Under the pieces are notes generated by a model. It was not told the DNA's origin and did no database searches. It saw only the letters and a program-made list of their open reading frames with translations. A DNA stretch of 14,717 nucleotides from Octopus sinensis (taxonomy: Eukaryota). The stretch lies in NCBI RefSeq assembly GCF_006345805.1, contig NW_021825767.1:1-14717 (forward strand), given 5' to 3'. Shown here one piece after another: positions 1 through 9,527 of this stretch. The translations under genes and the position numbers were made by a program. Each line of letters opens with the position of its first letter. The first letter of the stretch is position 1.

Positions 1-152
1 ACCCAGGTAGATAATGAAAGGGCAGAGGGTAAAAGAAACCTAATGCAAAATAGAGAAACCTCCCACCCTCCCCACCAAACAGATGCATACAATTATAAAC
101 GGCTGTGGTAGCAGTCAATTGCCAGCAGCCAGATCTAAATACACCCTGCTTC

Positions 153-236
153 TGAAATAAAGTGTCTTGCTCAAGAACACAACACACACCCTTGTCTGGG
201 AATCGAACTCACAACCTCACAATTGTGAGCTCAACA
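153..236 (-). mobile_element. Fragment of a type-B tRNA-derived SINE (head and adjoining segment)
   Basis: TGAAATAAAGTGTCTTGCTCAAGAACACAACAC...GGGAATCGAACTCACAACCTCACAATTGTGAGCTC aligns with 963-1045 and 3830-3910. The minus strand carries a B-box-like GAGTTCGATTCCC. Confidence 0.75.
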
Positions 237-259
237 CACATCCACCTTAACATATATAT

Positions 260-701
260 TACACTTTTACACTTTACACTTTTAATTGTTTCAGTCACTT
301 GACTGCGGCCATGCTGGAGCACCACCTTTAATCGAGCAACTCGACCCCGGGACTTATTCTTTTGTAAGCCCAGTACTTATTCTATCGGTCTCTTTGCCGA
401 ACCGCTAAGTGACGGGGACATAAAACACACACCAGCATCGGTTGTCAAGCAATGCTAGGGGGACAAACACAGACACACAACACACACGCACAAGTGATAT
501 ATATAGATATATTATATTATATTATATATATATATATATACATATATACGACGGGCTTCTTTCAGTTTTCCGTCTACCAAATCCACTCACAAGGCTTTGG
601 TTCGCTCGAGGCTATAGTAGAAGACACTTGCCCATGGTGTCACGCAGTGGGACTGAACCCGGAACCATGTGGTTGGTAAACGCTACTTACCACACAGCCA
701 C
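260..701 (-). mobile_element. Full-length type-A tRNA-derived SINE with internal (CA)/(TA) microsatellite and short tandem 3' tail
   Basis: The minus-strand head GTGGCTGTGTGGTAAG...GGTTCAGTCCC has Pol III A-box-like and B-box-like motifs. The sequence is colinear and highly similar to 10003-10410. A microsatellite lies at about 470-548. The 3' end ...GACTGAAACAA is followed by AAGTGTA-like repeats (260-285). Confidence 0.9.
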
Positions 702-732
<31 letters not shown>

Positions 733-1065
733 AGGGTGAAGATTCCCTTCAGTCATGAATGACCATGGGATTGCACCTACAAAGTTCTCCTCTGAGGCAA
801 AAGTCCAGACAATATTATTTATGGAAGACCAGTAGTTGCCCATGCACACCAGCCTCCCCTCTACACGACACCGATGTTATCCAAGGGAAAGGCAAAGGGG
901 CCGATACAGCTTGGCCTAGTGACGTCGCACTCATTTCTACAGCTGAGAGAACCGGGGCAACATGAAATAAAGTGTCTTAACTCAACACACAACCCGGTCT
1001 GGTCCACAAATCAAACTCACTACCTCATGATTGTGGGCCCGATGCTCTAACCACTGATCTATGCA
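733..1065 (-). mobile_element. Type-B tRNA-derived SINE, unexpanded full-length copy (about 330 bp)
   Basis: The minus-strand head GCATAGATCAGTGGTTAGAGCATCGGGC is a degenerate A box. The copy aligns colinearly with both flanks of the 25-bp array (1086-1225 and 3745-3935). Confidence 0.88.
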
Positions 1066-1085
1066 TATTATACATATTTATATAT

Positions 1086-3935
1086 AAAGTAAAGACATCC
1101 CCCGCCGCTTCAGTCATGATTGACCATGGGATTGCACCAAGAAAGTTTACCCTTCAAGGCACAAGTCCAGGCAAGGTTGTTTATGGAAGACCAACAGTCA
1201 CCCATGCATAACTGCCTTCCTTCTCCATGCCACTGAAAGGCAAAGGAGCCATGTCAAGGGAAAGGCAGAGGAAGCATGCAAAGGGAAAAGCATAGGAGCT
1301 ATGCCAAGGGAAAGGCAGAGGAGCAATGCCAAGGGCAAGGCAGAGGAGCCATGCCAAGGGAAAGGCAATGGAGCCATGCCAAGGGAAAGGCAGAGGAACC
1401 ATGCCATGGGAAAGGCAGAGGAACCATGCCAAGGGAAAGGCAGAGGAGCCATGCCAAGGGAAAGGCAAAGGAGCCATGCCAAGGGAAAGGCAGAGGAGCC
1501 ATGCCAAGGGAAAGGCAAAGGAGCCATGCCAAGGGAAAGGCAAAGGAGCCATGCCAAGGGCAAGGCAGAGGAACCATGCCAAGGGAAAGGCAGAGGAGTC
1601 ATGCCAAGGGAAAGGCAGAGGAGTCATGCCAAGGGAAAGGCAAAGAAGCCATGCAAAGGGAAAGGCAAATGAGCCATGCCAAGGGCAAGGCAGAGGAACC
1701 ATGCCAAGGGCAAGGCAAAGGAGCCATGCCAAGGGAAAGGCAAAGAAGCCATGCAAAGGGAAAGGCAAATGAGCCATGCCAAGGGCAAGGCAGAGGAACC
1801 ATGCCAAGGGCAAGGCAAAGGAGCCATGCCAAGGGAAAGGCAAAGGAGCCATGGCAAGGGAAAGGCAAAAGAGCCATGCCAAGGGAAAGGCAAAAGAGCC
1901 ATGCCAAGGGAAAGGCAAAAGAGCCATGCCAAGGGAAAGGCAAAGGAGCCATGCCAAGGGAAAGGCAAAGGAGCCATGCCAAGGGAAAGGCAAAGGAGCC
2001 ATGCCAAGGGAAAGCCAAAGAAGCCATGCAAAGGGAAAGGCAAATGAGCCATGCCAAGGGCAAGGCAGAGGAACCATGCCAAGGGAAAGGCAAAGGAGCC
2101 ATGCCAAGGGAAAGGCAAAGGAGCCATGCCAAGGGAAAGGCAAAGGAGCCATGCCAAGGGAAAGGCAAAGGAGCCATGCCAAGGGAAAGGCAAAGGAGCC
2201 ATGCCAAGGGAAAGGCAAAGGAGCCATGCCAAGGGAAAGGCAAAGAAGCCATGCCAAGGGCAAGGCAAAGAAGCCATGCCAAAGGCAAGGCAAAGGAGCC
2301 ATGCCAAGGGAAAGGCAAAGGAGCCATGCCAAAGGCAAGGCAAAGGAGACATGCCAAGGGAAAGGCAAAGGAGCCATGGCAAGGGAAAGGCAAAAGAGCC
2401 ATGCCAAGGGCAAGGCAGAGGAACCATGCCAAGGGCAAGGCAAAGGAGCCATGCCAAGGGAAAGGCAAAGGAGCCATGCCAAGGGAAAGGCAAAGAAGCC
2501 ATGCCAAGGGCAAGGCAAAGAAGCCATGCCAAAGGCAAGGCAAAGGAGCCATGCCAAGGGAAAGGCAAAGGAGCCATGCCAAGGGCAAGGCAAAGGAGCC
2601 ATGCCAAGGGAAAGGCAAAGGAGCCATGCCAAGGGAAAGGCAAAGGAGCCATGCCAAGGGCAAGGCAAAGGAGCCCTGCCAAGGGAAAGGCAGAGGAACC
2701 ATGCCAAGGGCAAGGCAAAGGAGCCATGGCAAGGGAAAGGCAAAAGAGCCATGCCAAGGGAAAGGCAAAGGAGCCATGCCAAGGGAAGGCAAAGAGCCAT
2801 GCCAAGGAAAAGGCAAAGGAGCCATGCCAAGGGAAAGGCAAAGGAGCCATGCCAAGGGAAAGGCAAAGGAGCCATGCCAAAGGCAGGCAAAGAGCCATGG
2901 CCAAGGGAAAGGCAAAAGAGCCATGCCAAAGGCAAGGCAAAGGAGACATGCCAAGGGAAAGGCAAAGAAGCCATGCCAAGGGAAAGGCAAAGGAGCCATG
3001 CCAAGGGAAAGGCAAAGGAGCCATGGCAAGGGAAAGGCAAAAGAGCCATGCCAAGGGAAAGGCAAAGGAGACATGCCAAGGGAAAGGCAAAGGAGCCCTG
3101 CCAAGGGAAAGGCAAAGGGGCCATGCCAAGGGCAAGGCAAAGGAGACATGCCAAGGGAAAGGCAAAGGAGCCATGCCAAGGGAAAGGCAAAGGAGCCATG
3201 CCAAAGGCAAGGCAAAGGAGCCCTGCCAAGGGAAGGCAAAGGGCCATGCCAAGGAAAGGCAAGGAGCCATTCCAAGGAAAGGCAAAGGAGCCATGCCAAG
3301 GCAAGCAAAGAAGCCCTGCCAAGGGAAAGGCAAAGGAGCCATGCCAAGGGCAAGGCAAAGGAGACATGCCAAGGGAAAGGCAAAGGAGCCATGCCAAGGG
3401 AAAGGCAAAGGAGCCATGCCAAAGGCAAGGCAAAGGAGCCCTGCCAAGGGAAAGGCAAAGGGGCCATGCCAAGGGAAAGGCAAAGGAGCCATGCCAAGGG
3501 AAAGGCAAAGGAGCCATGCCAAAGGCAAGGCAAAGAAGCCCTGCCAAGGGAAAGGCAAAGGAGCCATGCCAAAGGCAAGGCAAAGGAGCCCTGCCAAGGG
3601 AAAGGCAAAGGGGCCATGCCAAGGGAAAGGCAAAAGAGCCATGCCAAGGGAAAGGCAAAGGAGCCATGCCAAAGGCAAGGCAAAGAAGCCCTGCCAAGGG
3701 AAAGGCAAAGGAGCCATGCCAAGGGCAAGGCAAAGGAGCCCTGCCAAGGGAAAGGCAAAGGGGCCAATATAGCTTGGCACCAGTGATGTCACGTCTCATT
3801 TCTACAGATGAGTGAATTGGAGCAACGTAAAAATAAAGGGTCTCGCTCAAGAACACAACATAGAGCTTGGTCCAAAAATTGAACTCACTACCTCACGATT
3901 GCAAGCCCGATGCCCTAACCACTGAGCCATGCACC
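1086..3935 (-). mobile_element. Type-B tRNA-derived SINE inflated to about 2.85 kb by an internal 25-bp tandem array
   Basis: 1105-1225 matches 745-865 and 3745-3935 matches 881-1065. The head at 3935 reads GGTGCATGGCTCAGTGGTTAGGGCATCGGGC on the minus strand, with A box TGGCTCAGTGG. Confidence 0.88.
1225..3765. repeat. 25-bp tandem repeat (minisatellite), consensus GAGCCATGCCAAGGGAAAGGCAAAG, about 100 copies
   Basis: The 25-bp periodicity is directly visible, with recurring point variants (GGCAGAGG, GAAGCC, GGGCAAGG, CCCTGCC, GAGACATG). There are no unique spacers. Confidence 0.97.
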
Positions 3936-3939
3936 TTCA

Positions 3940-4130
3940 CATGTATATAAACGCACATGTAACTACACATGTGCATGCATATATATATATATAAAAAGCA
4001 TGAAAGCACAGCGCATGTGCACATGTGGACATGAAAGAGGACTGCAAATAGACAGACACACACATGCATACATGCGCATATGCATGCACACGCTCACGCA
4101 CATGCACGCGTGCACTGTGCACGTGTGCAC
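3940..4130. repeat. Alternating purine-pyrimidine tract (CA/TG/CG/TA mosaic) with short palindromes
   Basis: CATGTGCACATG (4014-4025) and TGCACGCGTGCA (4103-4114) sit within a long, mostly RY-alternating stretch. Confidence 0.7.
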
Positions 4131-4187
4131 GGAGAAGCAAATGACCACAAGCATAACCTCTGAAACACACCGAAGAGAGGTTAATTG

Positions 4188-4445
4188 AATAAACAAACAA
4201 ACAAACAAACAACAAAAACAACAACAACATGGGGGTGGGAGGGTGAAGAGCGAGGAGGAGGAGCGAGGAGGAGGAGCGAAGAGAGGAAGGAGGAGGAGGA
4301 GGGGGAGGAGGAGGAGGAGGACAAGCAGGAGGATGACAAGCAGCGGGGAGTCCAGAAGAAAACTGGTGGTGATGGCGAAGGTGGTGGTGGTGGTGGTGGT
4401 GATGGTGGTGACAATGATGATTATGATGACGACCACAACAACTGA
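4188..4445. repeat. Compound microsatellite block: (AAAC)n/(AAC)n, (GAG)n, (GGT)n, (GAT/GAC)n
   Basis: The tracts are directly visible at about 4188-4230, 4250-4320, 4375-4410 and 4413-4440. Confidence 0.85.
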
Positions 4446-4459
4446 GTTGTTAATAGCAT

Positions 4460-4969
4460 AGAAGAAGAAGAAGGAGGAGAAGGAAGAAGAAGAAGAAGTG
4501 GAAGAAGAAGTGGAAGAAGAAGAAGAAGGAGTGGAAGAAGAAGAAGGAAGAAGAAGTGGAAGAAGAAGTGGAAGAAGAAGTGGAAGAAGAAGAAGAAGAA
4601 GAAGAAGAAGAAGAAGGAGTGGAAGAAGAAGAAGGAAGAAGAAGCAGAAGAAGAAGTGAGAGGAGAAGTGGAAGAAGAAGAGAGAAGAAGAAGAAGAAGA
4701 AGAAGAAGAAGGAGTGGAAGAAGAAGAAGGAAGAAGAAGTGGAGAGAGAAGAAGAAGAAGAAGAAGAAGGAGTGGAAGAAGAAGGAGTGGAAGAAGAAGA
4801 AGGAGTGGAAGAAAAAGTGGAAGAAGAAGAAGAAAAATTGGAAGAAGAAGAAGAAGAAGAAGAAGGAGTGGAAGAAGAAGTGGAAGAAGAAGAAGAAGAA
4901 TTGAGAAGAAGAAGAAGAAGAAGAAGAAGAAGGAGTGGAAGAAGAAGAAGAAGGAAGAAGAAGAAGTGG

Positions 4970-5000
<31 letters not shown>

Positions 5001-5340
5001 GGAAGAAGAAGAAGTGGAAGAAGAAGTGGAAGAAGAAGAAGAAGAAGAAGAAGAAGAAGAAGAAAGAAGAAGAAGAAGTGGAAGAAGAAGAAGAAGATGA
5101 AGTGGAAGAAGAAGAAGAAGAAGTGAGAGGAGAAGTGGGAAGAAGAAGTAGAGAAAGAGAAAGAGAAATGGAGAAGAAGGGGAGGGGATGGAGGGGAGGA
5201 GAAAGAAAAGAAGAAGAAGGAGAAGTGGAGGAAGAGAAGGAGAAGTGGAGAAGAAGCGGATGAGGATGAGGGGAGGGGAGGAGAAGTGGAGAAGAAGAAG
5301 AAGAAAAGAAGTGGAGGAGGAGGAGGAGGTAGAAGAAGAT
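4460..5340. repeat. Long interrupted (GAA)n polypurine tract with recurrent GGAGTG/GAAGTG interruptions
   Basis: About 880 bp are almost exclusively A/G on the + strand. The longest pure run is about 12 GAA units near 5029-5064. Confidence 0.95.
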
Positions 5341-5387
5341 GATGATGTAGAAAGGAAACAGTTGTAGAAGAAAGAGAAAGTCCAGCA

Positions 5388-5418
5388 ACAGTAGTAGCAG
5401 CAGCAGCAGCAGCAGCAA
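5388..5418. repeat. Short (TAG)/(CAG)n microsatellite
   Basis: CAGTAGTAGCAGCAGCAGCAGCAGCAGCAA. Confidence 0.8.
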
Positions 5419-5719
5419 TAAGAGGAACAATGGTCAAAACCACTGGAGGCAGCCACAATGAGATTATTGAAGGTGGACAGGTCAACAGGACACACTGACA
5501 CACACACAGACTGGGAGCATGCTCAGCATTCTGTTCCTCACAGCTTTGCTCTTAATGTGGTCAATACCTTCTTCCCTGCCCTTGTCCACTCTCACCCCCC
5601 CCCCCCGTTAGCATTTTTATCGTCCCCCCCCCCACCGACTATGCCGCTGACCATTACTTCTAATACTACCCCCTCCATGTCGATGGATGCTGTCATTACG
5701 TTCCCCACCCCAGGCAACC

Positions 5720-7765
5720 ACTAATAAACCACTTCCACCCATATCTATTTAACCAAGCTGACCACCAACACCTTCTGCCTGGACATCCGCCCCCCCCCCA
5801 CCAACAACAACCCCCACTTCGTAGACTGACAATCACCACCACCACCACCACCACCACCATCATCACCAACACTGCCACTTAAACCAACACCTTGTACATT
5901 GACCACAACTACTACCAACACCTTCTTGCATGCTGACCATCACCACCACCACCAACATCTAGCATGCTGACCACCATCACCACTCCACCACTACCCATTG
6001 AACTGAACTACCACCACCATCATATACCTGACTGCCATCCCTACCACCTCCACAACCATGACATATTTCAACACCACCACCCCTTGTAGACTGACCACCA
6101 CCAACACCAACACCTTGTGTGTTGACCGCCATCACCAGAACCACCACTAAAGCCAACGCCTTCTTGTACACTGACCACCACCTCTGTTACCACCAACACC
6201 TTCTTGAATGCTGACCACCACGTTGAACTGACCACCAACATCACCACCACTACCATCGTATATCCCACTGTCACCGCTACCACCACAACTACCACCATAG
6301 CTGACCATCACATGTACCATCATCAGAAAGACCAATACCAGTAGCCATAAGGCTATTTAACTGACCACTAACACCCCCACCTTGTAGACTGACCACTACC
6401 ACAACCACCACACATACAATCTTATGCTTCACCACTACCACTACCACCTACATTGACCATCACCACTCTTATCTGTTGAAGTGACCACAGGCACCGCCAC
6501 CACCACCACCACCATCGTATACCCCACTATCACCCCCGCTGCCACCATAACTGACCATCACGTACCATCACCAGCAACATCAACACCACAAGCTACAAGG
6601 CTATTTAACTGACCACCAACACCTCCACCTTGTAGACTGACCAACACCACCATACCTACAAGCTTATACTCCACTACCACCGCTACCTACACTGACCATA
6701 TATATATATATATACCAGCAACACCAACACCCCTATCACTACCCTTATCTACTTAGCTGACCACCGACATCACCACCACATACTCCAACACCAACAACAC
6801 CATACAGTGCAGACTGACCACTATCACTACTACCGCCAACACCTTCGTGTACACTGACTACCATCACTACCACCAACACCTCCTCAAATACTGACCACCA
6901 CCACTACCAGCAATAACAACACCTCATACACTGACCACCACCACTACCACAACTACTGCTACTTCTACAACTAACACTAGCACTGCCACTATAGATTAAA
7001 ACCCCAAAGCACTACAGCCCAAACTATTAAAACTAAACACCTTACCACTATTACTGCAATTACTACTACAACCACCAACACACAACCCCCCACCACACAA
7101 CCACCACCACCAGCACCACCACCACCACCACCAGCACCACCACCACACACCACCACTACCACCACCACTACTACTATTACTACAACTACTACCACCACCA
7201 CACCAACAATACCAATAGCACCACCACACATTTCCTGTTTGCCCCAAGGTCATATTGGACCACAACTACTACCACCATCACTACTGCTACTACTACAAAC
7301 ACAACTACTACCACCATCATAATCACCACTGCTACTACAATTACTGCTACTACTACTGCTACTACCACCACCACCTCCTCTACTACTACTACTACCACTA
7401 TTAACACAACCAGCACTATTACTACCAACACAACAGCTACTAATATTACTACTATTACAATGACGACGACCACCACAACAACAACCACATCACAGCATCA
7501 CCACTACCATAACAACTACCACCACCACAATTACAACCACCACCACAACAAACACCAACATCACCACCACCACTACTACAACAATGACCACCACAACAAC
7601 AGCTACTACTATTACAACAACAACCGTTATTTTCCTGACCATCCCACCATGACCACTATCCCAGAGCCACACCACTGCCATCGCAAACATCACCACCACC
7701 ACCACCACCACTATGATGACCACTCTCCATTAACATCCTCGGTCCCTCAACCACCACTGCCACCA
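5720..7765. repeat. Degenerate ACC/ACT/ACA-rich low-complexity array with recurring CTGACCAC(C/T)A motif
   Basis: The + strand is very G-poor and C/A-rich. Repeated CTGACCACC and CTTGTAGACTGACC motifs occur at 5750-6950, giving way to simpler (ACC)/(ACT)/(ACA) runs at 7050-7760. Confidence 0.85.
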
Positions 7766-7974
7766 CCATCCTTGTTGATTGGCAGGTGAATGCCTCCGAC
7801 TGCTGTTTATAAAGCTGACCGCTGTCCGAAGAGCTAATTGCATTTGTCTTAGGCCATTTTTAGTTTCTTTGCACAATGACCACTGGAAACAGTAAATGCA
7901 ACGCCACCACCACCACAACCACCACCACCACCACCATTACTACACCGTTGTCATAACACATACTACTACCTCAC

Positions 7975-8990
7975 CATTATCGTAACAACTACAACATGGA
8001 CTACATCACTCCTATCATAAAAAGTATAACATGGACCATCAGACTGCCGTTGTAACAACGATAACATAGACCACCACACTGCTATCATAACAATTATGAC
8101 ATGGACCACCACACTTTTATCATAACAGCTGTGACATGACCTACATCGTGCTATCATAAAAACTACAACATGGACCACCACACTGCTATCATAAAAACTA
8201 CAACATGGACCACCACACTGCTATCATAAAAACTACAACATGGACCACCACACTGCTATCATAAAAACTACAACATGGACCACATCACTGCTATCATAGC
8301 AAATATGACCTGGACCACCGCACTGCTATCATAAAAGCTACAACATGGACCACCACACTTTTATCATAACAGCTGTGACATGACCTACATCATGCTATCA
8401 TAAAAACCACAACATGGACCACCACACTGTTATCATAGCAAATATGACCTGGACCACCACACTGCTATCATAACAACTATGACATGACCTACATCATGCT
8501 ATCATAAAAATTACAACATGGACCACATCACTGCTATCATAGCAAATATGACTTGGACCACCACACTGCTATCATAAAAACTACAACATGGACCACCACA
8601 TCGATATCATAACAACTACGACATGGACCACCACATTGATATCATAAAAAACTATGACATAGAACACTACACTGCTATCATAAAAATTATGGCATGGACT
8701 ACACTACCGCTATAATAAAAACTACGACATGGACTACCACACTACTATCGCAACAACTATGATATGGACCACATTACAGCTATCATAACAACTACACCAT
8801 TGACCACCCCACCTCTATCATAACAACAATGACATGGATATCACACCACGATCATAAAAACTATAACATGGACCACCAGACTGCCGTTTTAACAACAATG
8901 ACATAGACCACCACACTGCTATCATAATAACTATGGCATGGACCACATCAATGGTATCATAACAATTATGACATGATATTTTCATAAAAT
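7975..8990. repeat. 35-bp tandem repeat, consensus CTGCTATCATAAAAACTACAACATGGACCACCACA, about 29 copies
   Basis: Identical units are spaced 35 bp apart (CTATCATAAA at 8151, 8186 and 8221). Units are more diverged at both edges. Confidence 0.95.
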
Positions 8991-9126
8991 GAATATACAT
9001 GAATTACACATTTAAAAAAACATTCCAAAAATCACCAGTTTGTGCCACTTCATGATTCCCTGACCTGTAATGGTCAAAAGACCCAATACTTAACCATTTA
9101 AGTATCTAATTCACTTGAATCCTGTA

Positions 9127-9164
<38 letters not shown>

Positions 9165-9167
<3 letters not shown>

Positions 9168-9400
9168 CTGTTTGTTCCTTCCCGAGCCAAGCCTGGCTCA
9201 TAGGGCCGGTTCCCCGGGTTCCTTGGCGTATAGGTTCCAGACATGGATAGAACGCCAGTTCTTTGTGAGGCTAGTACTGATTCTATCAGTCTCTTTTGCT
9301 GAAACGTTAATTGATAGGGGTGTAAACACACAAACACCGGTTGTCAAGCAGTAATGGAGGGTGACAAACACGGACACAAAGACATACATATACATATATA
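9165..9400 (-). mobile_element. Body of a type-A SINE (9258-9400) joined to a non-type-A 3' segment (9165-9257)
   Basis: TTCTTTGTGAGGCTAGTACTGATTCTATCAGTCTCTTTTGCTGAA...GGTTGTCAAGCA...ACAAACAC aligns with 357-480 and 10083-10200. Similarity stops at about 9258, and a GC-rich segment runs left to the TA tract. Confidence 0.75.
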
Positions 9401-9527
9401 TATAATTGAGATTCAGATGAATTAGGTACTTAAGTTGAAGCACCAAAAATTAGTGTGGTATCATCTGTACAAATTCAAAAAAAATGAATGTGCTTCTTTT
9501 GATATATATATATATATTATATATATA

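Noticed and set aside
620-701. tRNA genes at SINE heads (also 3860-3935, 9890-9961, 10340-10407 and 11995-12061)
   Set aside because: A/B boxes are present, but I cannot fold a complete cloverleaf with an acceptor stem. Each head is followed by a SINE body.
1225-3765. CRISPR-like array (also considered for 7975-8990)
   Set aside because: The units are head-to-tail with no unique spacers, there are no cas genes, and the context is eukaryotic.
1181-3856. Long ORFs of 570-890 aa in all six frames (MPRERQRSHAKGKAKEPCQGKGKGA / PLPFPWHGSFAFPLAWLLCLSLGMA repeats)
   Set aside because: The 25-bp unit has no stop codon in any frame, and three units give a 25-aa period. Being open on both strands and in all frames indicates a repeat artefact, and the array sits inside a SINE.
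4154-4183. Hairpin TAACCTCT/AGAGGTTA enclosing GAAAC and CCGAAGA (hammerhead-like words)
   Set aside because: Only about 4 nt lie between the two words, leaving no room for stems I and III or a cleavage site. It is probably a chance 8-bp hairpin.
3963-5507. Poly-Glu/Lys/Arg and poly-Ser/Phe/Leu ORFs
   Set aside because: These are translations of the (GAA)n tract, open in multiple frames on both strands with no domain content.
7460-7789. His/Thr-rich ORF resembling a metal-binding or beak-type protein
   Set aside because: The composition is fully explained by ACC/CAC/AAC microsatellites. There is no signal peptide or splice support, and the antisense frames are equally open.
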